This document shows, in pieces, positions 9,674 to 19,015 of a stretch of 64,000 nucleotides of DNA. The notes under the pieces were generated by a model. The model saw only the letters and a list, made by a program, of their open reading frames with translations, ran no database searches and was not told the origin of the DNA. Source of the stretch: Gemmatimonadota bacterium (lineage in GTDB: Bacteria > Gemmatimonadota > Gemmatimonadetes > Palauibacterales > KS3-K002); NCBI GenBank assembly GCA_039586795.1, contig JBDHJS010000005.1, forward strand, positions 32,001 through 96,000, read 5' to 3'. A program made the position numbers and the translations under genes. Numbering within the stretch: position 1 is the stretch's first letter; the number at the start of each line of letters is the position of its first letter.

Positions 9674-10249
9674 TCATCTCTGCTCATCAGGAATGAACAC
9701 CGAGTACACTCCACGAAGGTCGCCGGCCTCGAAGTTGAAGGCCCGGTCCTCCGCGTAGTCGTCCTTCACGAACTGCGGCCGAGCTTCTTTCGGGCCGTGG
9801 CAGACGAGGCACGACGCTTCAGCGACGATGCGTCGGTAGTAACGAAAACCAGACTGACCCTCCATCTCGGTCCGAACCCACAAGCCCATCATCTCGGGCG
9901 TCGCCTCCATCATCCGATAGATGAGCTCGGCCTCCGTGTCGAGCGTGTTGTTTGGGTTGCGGTTCTTGAGAGCGAGTTGCCTTATCTGATACCCGTGCTC
10001 CTCGAAGAACCGCTGCGCCTCAACACCGACCGGCCGGCAGACCTGCCAAAAAGTCGTCTTGTTAGTGGCGCCCGACATAGAGCTGGCCAGCTCGGAGCGC
10101 ATCCCGTCCAGCAGCTCGACCTCCGTCACGATCTTCGACAATGCATCCGCATCGGGGCGATCGGCACCCCGTTCGATCGGCGCGGTCGAGTACATCACCG
10201 CCGTAACCATAACCAACAACCCGGCCGTGATCCCCACATGTCTCAGCAT
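9674..10249 (-). CDS. Exported c-type heme protein, DUF3365/Tll0287-like
   Basis: N-terminal signal/TM; K.RNP.N; CLVCH heme motif; F..GDLRG.YSV; AAGGAG RBS. Confidence 0.85.
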   Translation of the reverse strand: MLRHVGITAGLLVMVTAVMYSTAPIERGADRPDADALSKIVTEVELLDGMRSELASSMSGATNKTTFWQVCRPVGVEAQRFFEEHGYQIRQLALKNRNPNNTLDTEAELIYRMMEATPEMMGLWVRTEMEGQSGFRYYRRIVAEASCLVCHGPKEARPQFVKDDYAEDRAFNFEAGDLRGVYSVFIPDEQR

Positions 10250-10268
10250 GCCATACTCCTTCCATCTA

Positions 10269-10317
10269 CTACCGCTTACCGATTACCGTCCACCGTCTAC
10301 CGTCCACCGTCTACCGA
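10269..10317. repeat. Heptamer tandem array (YYACCGN x7)
   Basis: CTACCGC TTACCGA TTACCGT CCACCGT CTACCGT CCACCGT CTACCGA; the last unit contains the USP stop codon. Confidence 0.9.
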
Positions 10318-11177
10318 CTCTCCGGCGGCACGATCACCGTCGCCCGATGCCCGTGCCGCAACACATAAACCGACGTGCTACCCACCAGCAGCCGGTCGAA
10401 GAACCCAAAACCGTGTGTGCCCATGACGATGAGGTCCGCATCCCAGGCCTGCGCCTCTTCGAGAATCTCGTGTCCCGATTCGCCTTCGTGCATCCGGGCT
10501 TCGACGCCCGCGCCAACGACCAGGCCCGCGTCCTCCAGGATCGCCTCCAGCTGCTGGCGGGCGTGTCGCCGGTGCTCGGCCTCGTCATAGACGGCGGCTT
10601 CTGCGAGCATCATCGGCAGCGGCTCGAGCACGTAGATCACGCGCATATCGGCGTGATCCGCCTCGGCGATCGACTTCGCCACCTCGAGTACTTGCTTGGA
10701 CTGCTTGGAGAGATCGATGGCGGCGAGTATGCGCCGGAACGGCTCGGTCCGCCGTTCCGTGGCAACCAGCACCGGTACGTGAGCGATACGCAGTACCCGC
10801 TCGGCGGTGGAGCCGACCAGCGTTCTGGCGATGGCCGGCTGTGAGTGCCCGCCAACGACAAGCAGGTCGGTTTCCAACTCCTCCGCGGTCCGGACGATTG
10901 CCGGCGCCGCGAAACCGCTCTTCACGTGTACGGTCGCGTCACCGGCGCCGCTCGCCGTCGCTTCGCTCTCCGCGTTCGCCCGCGCCTCGGTGATGATCTC
11001 CGGCTCGAACTCCCTAGGTTCGAGGCCCGGGGGCGCGTAGGCGGGTGGCAGCAACAGGACCTCCACCACCGTCACGATATCGAGCTGCGCGCCCAGCCGT
11101 GCGGCGCACGCGGCGGCGGTCACAACGGAGCTGGAGCCACGTTCGCTGACGTCGGTAGCCGCGAGAATTCTCTTCAT
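10311..11177 (-). CDS. Universal stress protein (tandem USP domains)
   Basis: KRILAATD.S; RRILAAIDLS; DLIVMGTHG...LLVGSTS..VLRH. Confidence 0.95.
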   Translation of the reverse strand: MKRILAATDVSERGSSSVVTAAACAARLGAQLDIVTVVEVLLLPPAYAPPGLEPREFEPEIITEARANAESEATASGAGDATVHVKSGFAAPAIVRTAEELETDLLVVGGHSQPAIARTLVGSTAERVLRIAHVPVLVATERRTEPFRRILAAIDLSKQSKQVLEVAKSIAEADHADMRVIYVLEPLPMMLAEAAVYDEAEHRRHARQQLEAILEDAGLVVGAGVEARMHEGESGHEILEEAQAWDADLIVMGTHGFGFFDRLLVGSTSVYVLRHGHRATVIVPPESR

Positions 11178-11181
11178 CCGC

Positions 11182-12633
11182 CTATCCTTTCAGGACGCCC
11201 ATCGGTTTGAGTTGGGCCACCATCTTACCGATACCAGCTCGGTGCACCACCTGGACGACGTCTTTCACATCCTTGTAGGCCTCCGATATCTCCTCATCCA
11301 CGGTGGCTCTCGACGCCGCGCGGATGAGTATCCCACGATCTTCCAGTTCACGTACGATCGCTCTGCCCTTCGCCGTCCGCTTCGCCTGCTTGCGGCTCAT
11401 CATGCGACCGGCTCCGTGACAGGTCGAACCGAAGGTCTCATTGAACGCGCCTTCCGTCCCCACCAGGACATAGCTGTAGCGACCCATGTCACCGGGTATG
11501 AAGATCGGCTGCCCGACCTTCTGATAGACCGCAGGCACCTCCGGGTGACCGGGCGGGAAGGCGCGGGTCGCGCCCTTTCGATGCACGCACACCTTCTGTT
11601 CGGATCCATTGACTCGGTGCGTCTCGATCTTCGCGATGTTGTGCGCGACGTCGTAAACCAGCCGCAGACCCAGGCGCTCGGCACTTTGACTGAACACGCC
11701 CTCGAACGTCTCCCGCACCCGGTGTCCCATCATCTGACGGTTACTGAAGGCGTAGTTCGCCGCGGCACGCATCGCCGCCAGATACCGCTGTGCTTCGTCG
11801 GAACGAAGCGGCGCGCAGCAGAGCTGCCGATCCTGGAGAACGATTCCATACTTGTCCGCGGCGCGTAGCATCATCTTTAGGTAATCGTCGCACACCTGAT
11901 AGCCGAGCCCGCGGGACCCCGAATGGATGAACGCGGTCACCGAGCCGACGGAAAGGCCAAGCGCTGTGGCCGCCTCGTCGTCGTAGACCTCACCCACGTA
12001 ACCGATCTCTATGAAATGATTGCCCGAACCCAGCGTGCCGACCTGGGCGCGGCCTCGCTCGGTGGCACGCTGTGAAACGTGGTCCGGGTCAGCTCCGTCA
12101 ATCGTGCCGCCGGCCTCGATCCGCTCCAGATCCTGCGACCACCCGTAGCCGTTCTCCACCGCCCACCTGGCGCCCCGCGTCAGCACATGCTTCACCTGCT
12201 TCTGATTCAGCTTGAGATCGGAACGCGCGGCGCCGACACCGGATGGCACGTTGTGGTAGAGTCGGTCCATCAGTTGCGACAGTCGCGGCCGCATGTCGTC
12301 CGCGCTTATATCCGAACGCAGCAACCGCACGCCGCAGTTGATGTCGTAGCCGACACCGCCCGGCGATATCACACCCTCCTCCATATCGAACGCGGCGACG
12401 CCGCCGATGGGAAAGCCGTAGCCCCAGTGGATGTCCGGCATGGCGATCGACGGACCCACGATGCCCGGCAAGCAGGCGACGTTCGCCACCTGCTGCAGAC
12501 TCTTGTCATGTTCTATGTGGGGGATCAGCTCATCGTCGGCGAAGACGAGGCCGTCGGTCAGCATCGGACCGCTGCGCGGTATCCGCCAGCGATGCGCGTC
12601 GATGCGCTCCAGCTTGTAACCCTCGACAGCCAT
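11182..12633 (-). CDS. rtcB: RtcB RNA 3'-phosphate/5'-OH ligase (long, archaeal/eukaryote-like type)
   Basis: MPDIHWGYGFPIG, GYDINCG, GSGNHF, HSGSRG, HN, HRKGAT, HGAGR all intact. Confidence 0.97.
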   Translation of the reverse strand: MAVEGYKLERIDAHRWRIPRSGPMLTDGLVFADDELIPHIEHDKSLQQVANVACLPGIVGPSIAMPDIHWGYGFPIGGVAAFDMEEGVISPGGVGYDINCGVRLLRSDISADDMRPRLSQLMDRLYHNVPSGVGAARSDLKLNQKQVKHVLTRGARWAVENGYGWSQDLERIEAGGTIDGADPDHVSQRATERGRAQVGTLGSGNHFIEIGYVGEVYDDEAATALGLSVGSVTAFIHSGSRGLGYQVCDDYLKMMLRAADKYGIVLQDRQLCCAPLRSDEAQRYLAAMRAAANYAFSNRQMMGHRVRETFEGVFSQSAERLGLRLVYDVAHNIAKIETHRVNGSEQKVCVHRKGATRAFPPGHPEVPAVYQKVGQPIFIPGDMGRYSYVLVGTEGAFNETFGSTCHGAGRMMSRKQAKRTAKGRAIVRELEDRGILIRAASRATVDEEISEAYKDVKDVVQVVHRAGIGKMVAQLKPMGVLKG

Positions 12634-12663
12634 AGAGTCGAGCTCCGTAGCTAAGAGAGTCGC

Positions 12664-13095
12664 CTACAGGTCGAAGACGATACGAGCGAACCAGCTATCG
12701 TTCCGGCGACCTACCTGGAGGTCATGGTAGGTGACGCCTTTCAGTTCTCGTTCGATGACATCCGGACTCTCAGGCTGAGCCAGCCCGGCCCTGGCGACCA
12801 GGCCCTTTTCGTCGAGCGCCTCGAACTCGGCCGTGGCGAACAACAATCCTTCCGAAGTCTGGATGTGAAGGAGCTCACGGAGCCAATCCACGAGCAGAGC
12901 TTCGATATCGGGGGCCCGCAAATCCAGCGTATGCCACACCGTAGCTTCGCGGCCACCATCCGGCGCGCCCCCCTCAGACCCCATGAGAACGCCGGTCATG
13001 CCGTGGGCGCAGGCGATGAATAGCCCCTCAAGCGTAGACGCCTCGACCTCGAGGCCCAGGTCGGCGGTATGCTCGATCGTCCGCCAGCGGCCCAT
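12664..13095 (-). CDS. Archease (RtcB cofactor)
   Basis: EHTAD, LL.DWL.ELL, KGVTYH, C-terminal FDL; directly upstream of rtcB. Confidence 0.95.
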   Translation of the reverse strand: MGRWRTIEHTADLGLEVEASTLEGLFIACAHGMTGVLMGSEGGAPDGGREATVWHTLDLRAPDIEALLVDWLRELLHIQTSEGLLFATAEFEALDEKGLVARAGLAQPESPDVIERELKGVTYHDLQVGRRNDSWFARIVFDL

Positions 13096-13158
13096 GGGGG
13101 CGAACCTCCTGTAGGTGGTGAGTCTAGGGGAAAATTAATGCCTGCGGCCGAGCGCGCC

Positions 13159-13271
13159 ACAGTGGAGGGTAGACGGTAGACGGTAGACGGTGGACGGTGC
13201 ACAGTAGACGGTAATGAATCGGCGGCGTCAGACGGTCTACCGTCAACCGTCTACCGTCTACCGTCTACGGG
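13159..13271. repeat. Inverted heptamer array (ACGGTAG-like x8 / CTACCGT-like x5) in a divergent intergenic region
   Basis: Left arm 13159-13214, right arm 13237-13271, mutually complementary. Confidence 0.9.
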
Positions 13272-13308
13272 CAGTACCTTAGCCAAAACACCCCACCCGG
13301 AGGCCAGA

Positions 13309-13473
13309 ATGCCGCTCTACGAGTACGAATGCCGGGAGTGCGGGCACAGCTTCAGCCTGCGCTTGCACATCGAGGAGCACGACACGAAGCGGCCGAAGTG
13401 CCCGGAATGCGGGAGCCGCAAGCTCGAGCATAAATACAGCGCCTTCTTCGCCAAGACCGCCAAGAAGAGTTGA
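13309..13473 (+). CDS. FmdB-family zinc-ribbon protein (54 aa, not in the ORF track)
   Basis: GGAGG RBS; MPLYEYECRECGHSF...KCPECGS..L....S.F. Confidence 0.9.
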   Translation: MPLYEYECRECGHSFSLRLHIEEHDTKRPKCPECGSRKLEHKYSAFFAKTAKKS

Positions 13474-13478
13474 CCGGG

Positions 13479-14675
13479 ATGCGATTTCACATCGCCACGC
13501 CGGAGCAGATCAAAGCCGGCGCCGTCGCCGACGTCTATTTCCGTCGCACCGCACAGATTCTAGATGCGAAGGGTGTCGATGCTTACGTGCGGGCGGAGTT
13601 CATGGCGAAGTCGTTGCCCGACGCCTGGGAGTGGGCGGTGCTGGCCGGGCTCGCCGAGGTGACGCATCTGCTAGAAGGGATCGACGTGAAGGTCCGGGCG
13701 ATGGAAGAAGGCGGCGTGTTTCGGGCCTTCGAGCCGGTGCTGGAGATCGAGGGCAGCTACCGTGAGTTCGGAGTATTCGAGACGGCGATCCTCGGTCTGA
13801 TCTGCCAGGCGTCGGGTATCGCGACGCGCGCCGCACGCTGCCGGCTGGCGGCAGGGCAAGATCGGAGATTGATCAGCTTTGGGGCGCGACGGATGCACCC
13901 GGCGATCGCGCCGATGATCGAGCGGGCGGCGTTCATCGGTGGCTGTGACGGCGTCGCCGCAGTCGCCAGCGCCGAGCTGCTGGGCACGGAACCCGTGGGG
14001 ACGATCCCACACGCGCTGATCCTCGTGATGGGCGATACGGTGCAGGCCACGCTGGCGTTCGACGAAGTGATCGACGATGCCGTCCCGCGCATCGCGCTGA
14101 TCGACACCTTCAATGACGAGAAGTTCGCCGCACTCGAGGTCGCGGAGGCGCTGGGCGACCGGCTCGCCGCGCTTAGACTGGATACGCCCGGCAGTCGGCG
14201 GGGCGACTTCTTCGATATCCTGAGCGAAGTCCGCTGGGAGCTCGATCTGCGGGGCTTCGAGGAGATCGATCTCTTCGTCAGCGGCGGGATTGATGAGGAG
14301 GCGATCGTTGAACTAAATCCAGTCGCCGACGGTTATGGCGTAGGAACGTGGATCAGCGGCGCGCCCGTCGTCGATTTCAGCATGGACCTCGTGGAGATCG
14401 ATGGGAAGCCGGTCGCCAAGCGAGGCAAATGGTCTGGCGCCAAGCAGGTGCTCCGTTGCGCGGGTTGCCACGAGGACGATATCGTGCCGCTCCACCAGGC
14501 CGACGATTGGCCAGACACGTGCCCCGACTGTGGCTCCGATGTAGAGCCGTTGCTCGTTCACTGGATGAGCGGTGGCGAAGCCGTCGGACCGCACCTGGAG
14601 CCGACAGAGATACGCGAGCGAACGCTGGAGCGGATCGGCGACTTTGACGTTGAGGGGGAGGACGAGACAGAGTGA
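13479..14675 (+). CDS. pncB: Nicotinate phosphoribosyltransferase, archaeal-like with C-terminal Zn ribbon
   Basis: DVYF.RT, SFGARR.HP, GTIPH, LIDTF, RLDTPGSRRG, SGGI, YGVGT, KRGK; CxxC..CxxC tail. Confidence 0.9.
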   Translation: MRFHIATPEQIKAGAVADVYFRRTAQILDAKGVDAYVRAEFMAKSLPDAWEWAVLAGLAEVTHLLEGIDVKVRAMEEGGVFRAFEPVLEIEGSYREFGVFETAILGLICQASGIATRAARCRLAAGQDRRLISFGARRMHPAIAPMIERAAFIGGCDGVAAVASAELLGTEPVGTIPHALILVMGDTVQATLAFDEVIDDAVPRIALIDTFNDEKFAALEVAEALGDRLAALRLDTPGSRRGDFFDILSEVRWELDLRGFEEIDLFVSGGIDEEAIVELNPVADGYGVGTWISGAPVVDFSMDLVEIDGKPVAKRGKWSGAKQVLRCAGCHEDDIVPLHQADDWPDTCPDCGSDVEPLLVHWMSGGEAVGPHLEPTEIRERTLERIGDFDVEGEDETE

Positions 14676-16246
14676 GCCACGCCGCAACACCCGACGACAT
14701 CATCGACTTCTTTCTCGATCCGGCCAACTACGGTCACGAGGTCGACAGCATCGAGCATCACCAGACCCATGTCTCGCACCTGTTCTTTGTTGGCGAATAC
14801 GTTTACAAGGTCAAGAAGCCGGTGAACTTCGGCTTCCTCGATTTCTCCACGCTCACCAAGCGCCGCGACGCCGCGATCGCCGAGCTCGAGCTCAACCGCC
14901 GAGTCGCCCCGGACATCTACCTCGATGTCGCGGCCGTCCACCGTGACGAAGCAGGCCATCTGAGCTTCACCGCCCCGGCTGTGGTCGAAGAGGTCGCCGT
15001 GGTGATGAAGCGACTGCCTGACGAGGAGCGCCTATCCAGCCTCATCGCTTCCGGGCGCGCCACACCCGAGATGATGCGCGACCTTGGGCGCCTGATCGCT
15101 GACTTCCATCGCGACGCTGAAACATCGCCGGCGATCGAGCATTTCGGTTCGCTGGAAGTAGTCCGTCACAACTGGGACGAGAACTTCGAGCAGACGGAAT
15201 CGTTCATTGGGCGCACGATATCGCGCGAGGGCTGGGAGCGGACGAAGGCCGAGATCGAGCGCTTCATGCGCGTCTACGCGAACCTGTTCGAGCAGCGGAT
15301 CGATGGCGGCTGGATAAGAGACTGTCACGGCGATCTGCAGGCGGACGACACGTTCGTCGACCCGGAGACGGGTCAAGCGCGGGTCCTCGACTGTATCGAG
15401 TTCAACGAGCGTTTCCGCTACTCTGACACGATATCCGACGTCGCGTTCCTGTCGATGGATATGCGCAATCGCGGTCGTCCCGACCTGGCCCGCGCGTTTC
15501 TCGAAGCCTACTACGACGCTTCCCCCGATCGACGCATCCCCGCGTTGTTGAGGTTCTACGAATCGTACCGAGCTTACGTTCGCGGCAAGGTGCGCGGATT
15601 CGTCATCGACCAGGAAGGGCCTAGCCCGGAGGAGAAGCGCGCCGCAACTGACGAAGCCCGACGTTTCTTCGAGCTGTCGCTGTCCGATGCCGTGAGGCTA
15701 CGTCCACGGGTCATCTTGTTCGCCGGCATCATGGGCAGCGGGAAGACACGCCAGTCGACTGAGTTCGCTCAGCGGGCGGAGCTCAGAGTGCTCCACAGCG
15801 ATGAGGTTCGGAAGCAGTTGGCCGGGCTGGACCCGAACGATGAGCACAAGGTCCCGTTCGGCGAAGGCATCTATTCCGGCGAGTGGACGCAGCGGACCTA
15901 CGAGGCACTGCTCGGCGAGGCGCGCAAAGAGCTGTCGGCCGGAAACTCGATCGTCCTGGACGCCTCGTGGTCGAGCGCCGAGCTTCGTGCCCGGGCGCGC
16001 GAAGTCACGCGCGAATTCGAGGCGCTACTGGTGATCGTCGAATGCTCTGCGCCCGACGAGACGTTGAGGGCCCGGCTCTCCAAACCGAAACGCACGGTGA
16101 CCGACGGCCGCATCGAACTGCTCGAAGATCAGCGTGCCGTCTACCAGACACCGGACGACAGCGAAGCGGACATCGTGGTCCGCGTCGACACGTCCGGCAG
16201 CTTCGAGAGCGCGGCGGCCAGCGTCCTCGATGCCCTGTTCGACTAA
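14672..16246 (+). CDS. Bifunctional APH-like phosphotransferase / P-loop kinase (Rv2004c-like)
   Basis: QTH.S..F, YK.KKPV.FGFLDFST, E..LNRR.AP, HGDL, DCIEFN; Walker A GIMGSGKT, SD.VRK.L. Confidence 0.88.
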   Translation: MSHAATPDDIIDFFLDPANYGHEVDSIEHHQTHVSHLFFVGEYVYKVKKPVNFGFLDFSTLTKRRDAAIAELELNRRVAPDIYLDVAAVHRDEAGHLSFTAPAVVEEVAVVMKRLPDEERLSSLIASGRATPEMMRDLGRLIADFHRDAETSPAIEHFGSLEVVRHNWDENFEQTESFIGRTISREGWERTKAEIERFMRVYANLFEQRIDGGWIRDCHGDLQADDTFVDPETGQARVLDCIEFNERFRYSDTISDVAFLSMDMRNRGRPDLARAFLEAYYDASPDRRIPALLRFYESYRAYVRGKVRGFVIDQEGPSPEEKRAATDEARRFFELSLSDAVRLRPRVILFAGIMGSGKTRQSTEFAQRAELRVLHSDEVRKQLAGLDPNDEHKVPFGEGIYSGEWTQRTYEALLGEARKELSAGNSIVLDASWSSAELRARAREVTREFEALLVIVECSAPDETLRARLSKPKRTVTDGRIELLEDQRAVYQTPDDSEADIVVRVDTSGSFESAAASVLDALFD

Positions 16247-16274
16247 ACCCCTGCTACCGAAGAAGGCGTACGGA

Positions 16275-17507
16275 ATGATGAAACGGAGCCGGTATTCCTT
16301 CGCGACCCGGCTGTTCATCGTTCTCTTCCTGTTGTCGGCCGTTCCATCGGTCGCGTTGCTCGGCCTGGCTACCTGGGGTCTGCGCAACTACGCCGAACTG
16401 GCGCGGAGCGCCGGGCCGTGGAGTCGGGTGGGCGCCTCCGGCAGCGAGCTGCTGGCGACGCTCGACTCGGTCCCCGCGGACTCCGCGGTACGAATCGCAG
16501 CCGACGAGCACGAAGCGGAGCTGTCCCGTTCGGTCAGCTTCGCGCGTCGGTGGGACCTGATTGCCCAGCGGCTAACGCGAGCGCTTCCCTGGATCGCGCT
16601 GGTGCTGGGTCTATCCCTCGCCATCGTGGCCGCCTGGTCGGCCCGGCAGTTAGCGCGAGGGCTGAGCCGGCCGGTGAACGACATCGCTGACTGGGCGGGC
16701 CGACTGGCGCGCGAGGAACCGCTCCCCGAGTCTGGCCCTGAAGTCGAGAGGGAGCCGCCGGAGTTCTCTGTTCTGCGCGACGCGTTTCGCTCGATGGCCA
16801 CGCGGTTGGAAGAAGGGCGCAAGCAAGCGTTGGAGGCGGAACGCATGCGAGCGGCGACCGAGATGTCGAGGCGCGTAGCGCACGAGATCAAGAACCCGTT
16901 AACGCCGCTTAAGCTCGCCGTTCGACAGGCGCGGATGCTAGCCGCCGGCGGCGACGCGGAGGCAATCGAGGAACCGCTTCAGGTGATCTCGAACGAAGCG
17001 GACCGCCTGGACGAGATGGCGAGGACGTTCTCGCAGCTGGGTCGACTGCCGGAGGGACCGACAAGCGAGATCGACCTGGAGGAGATGCTGCGCGCGCTGC
17101 TCGCCAGCGATCTGCCGGAGACGATCAGCGGCACGTTGAATGCAGAGGAAGGTCTACCGTTAGTCGAAGGCCACCTGGAAGCGTTGAACCGAGCCTTCAG
17201 AAACCTGCTTGGCAATGCGGTCGAGGCGCTAACCGATCGAACGGACGGCCGGATCGATGTGTCTCTGGCGTTGCGGAGTGACACGGTGGAAGTCGCAATT
17301 GCCGACAACGGGCCCGGTATCGAACCGGAGAGCCGAATGGAGCTGTGGAATCCAGATTTCACGACCAAGCGGCGCGGTACGGGACTCGGCCTCGCGCTGG
17401 TGCGCCAAACGGTGAGGGCGCACGGTGGCGACGTGACGCTCCGGGACACCGAGCACGGCGCCTGCTTCCTCGTTCGACTGCCTGTGAAGAAAGCGAGCGC
17501 CGGGTGA
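16275..17507 (+). CDS. Membrane sensor histidine kinase, NtrY-like (2 TM, HAMP, HisKA, HATPase)
   Basis: RRVAHEIKNPLTP H-box; NL..NA, DNGPGI, FTTK..GTGLGL. Confidence 0.93.
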   Translation: MMKRSRYSFATRLFIVLFLLSAVPSVALLGLATWGLRNYAELARSAGPWSRVGASGSELLATLDSVPADSAVRIAADEHEAELSRSVSFARRWDLIAQRLTRALPWIALVLGLSLAIVAAWSARQLARGLSRPVNDIADWAGRLAREEPLPESGPEVEREPPEFSVLRDAFRSMATRLEEGRKQALEAERMRAATEMSRRVAHEIKNPLTPLKLAVRQARMLAAGGDAEAIEEPLQVISNEADRLDEMARTFSQLGRLPEGPTSEIDLEEMLRALLASDLPETISGTLNAEEGLPLVEGHLEALNRAFRNLLGNAVEALTDRTDGRIDVSLALRSDTVEVAIADNGPGIEPESRMELWNPDFTTKRRGTGLGLALVRQTVRAHGGDVTLRDTEHGACFLVRLPVKKASAG

Positions 17508-19015
17508 GGCGTCTTTCCATTCTCTTGCCCGCAGCGCTGGCGATCGGTTGCGGTGGCTCCGAACCGCGCGGCGCCGGCTCGTCGGCGGAAGACTTACCTG
17601 CCGCTGATCCGATGGAGCGCGTTGAGACGACGACGCGCGGCGGATCCGCCGACATCGTACCCGAGTTCCGACTGCGACTCGACCCGGGCGCCCATCTGAT
17701 CGACGCGACCATCGAACTGGACGTCCAGGAGCCGACTTCGATCCACTTGCTGTTCCGCGCCGAGTGGGATGGATATCCCGGCCTAGAATCACGACTTAGC
17801 AGGCTGGAAGCCTTTGGACCGGGCGGCGCGCTGAACGTCGCGATGAACGCTGGAGAGCTGGGCGCCGGCCACCACATTGTTGAGGTCGAGCGGCCGGAAC
17901 GGATCACCATCGCTTACGAGATGGTTCTGGCGCCGCCCGACGAGACGATCCTGTATCACCGAGCATCTCAACTGGCGCGCGACGGCGGCCACCTGCTCGG
18001 CGCCGATGCACTACCGAGGGTATGGGTCGGGCGACCGGTCCGCGGTGCGCGCCCCGCTCTCGTCTGGTTCAATGGTCTGCCGCTGAACTGGCGCGTCGCC
18101 AGCATCGAAAGTCGCTCAGGCACAGGCTACGCTGTCGCCGACATCGTGAACGCGGTCTTCGTCGTCGGATCGCTGCGCACGCAGCGGACGAGCGTCGGTC
18201 GACATACGCTGACCTCGGCGCTTCACGGCAGTTGGCCCGTCGGGGACCGGCGCGTCTTCGACGCGACGGATGCGATATCGGGTAGCCTGTATCGCATCGC
18301 CGGTGACGGCTGGGCGCCGGGCGACTACGTGCTGGGCGCCGGTCGCGTGCCCGGCGGCATTCGCGGGCGCAGCACGGGCGGCCAGGTGATCGGTCACTCG
18401 GGGATCGTTTACGTTGGTGGCTCGGGCCCGGCGGAGTTCGAGTTCAGGCACTGGATGTACACGACGGCGCACGAGCTGACGCACTGGTACATCCCGACCG
18501 GATTTCGCTTCGGCGGTGCGCCGCCGCGCTGGTTCGCAGAGGGTTTCACCGACTACCTGGCCCTCAAGATCCTGCTGGCGGGGAACCTTATCGAGCCGCA
18601 GGCATTTCTCGACGAAATCGCGGTGCGCTTGAATCGTTATCGCGAGAGCCGGCACTACGGGGTGCGTTCGATCGTCGATGCCGAGGAGGATTTCTGGGAG
18701 AGCGACACGTACCGCTACATATACGACGGCGGCGCTTCAGCGGCCTTCCTGTTGGATCTTGGTTTCCAGGACAGGGGCCGTGCGCTGGAGCAAGCGATAA
18801 AGACGGCGCGCGGGCGTCCGCCCGTTACGACGCAGACGTTGAAGACCGCTCTGGCCGCCATACCCGAGAACGAGTGGCTACACGACTGGCTCGCCGACGG
18901 TCGCAATCCCGACTGGGACGCCAGACTGGAGCGTTACAGGCTAGCCTGGAGAAACAACACACTTGTGAGTCTAGATGATTGGGCAACGAATGCACTCGGT
19001 ACAATTCGACCGTAG
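17504..19015 (+). CDS. Gluzincin metallopeptidase lipoprotein (M61/M1-like, no PDZ)
   Basis: GTG start in a GTGA overlap; lipobox AIGC; AHELTH...WFAEGFTDY; IY..GA. Confidence 0.8.
   Translation: MRRLSILLPAALAIGCGGSEPRGAGSSAEDLPAADPMERVETTTRGGSADIVPEFRLRLDPGAHLIDATIELDVQEPTSIHLLFRAEWDGYPGLESRLSRLEAFGPGGALNVAMNAGELGAGHHIVEVERPERITIAYEMVLAPPDETILYHRASQLARDGGHLLGADALPRVWVGRPVRGARPALVWFNGLPLNWRVASIESRSGTGYAVADIVNAVFVVGSLRTQRTSVGRHTLTSALHGSWPVGDRRVFDATDAISGSLYRIAGDGWAPGDYVLGAGRVPGGIRGRSTGGQVIGHSGIVYVGGSGPAEFEFRHWMYTTAHELTHWYIPTGFRFGGAPPRWFAEGFTDYLALKILLAGNLIEPQAFLDEIAVRLNRYRESRHYGVRSIVDAEEDFWESDTYRYIYDGGASAAFLLDLGFQDRGRALEQAIKTARGRPPVTTQTLKTALAAIPENEWLHDWLADGRNPDWDARLERYRLAWRNNTLVSLDDWATNALGTIRP

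Noticed and set aside
11182..12633. Intein or intron in rtcB
   Set aside because: 483 aa with contiguous motifs; no insertion at GYDINCG
13159..13271. Repeat arrays as CRISPR
   Set aside because: Units are 7 nt, contiguous and have no unique spacers; no cas genes in the window
14457..14471. CAGCH in PncB as a c-type heme site
   Set aside because: Cytoplasmic enzyme without a signal peptide; pairs with downstream CPDC as a Zn ribbon
14672..16246. Aminoglycoside resistance gene
   Set aside because: APH-like fold only; belongs to the APH/P-loop fusion family with no evidence here for drug modification
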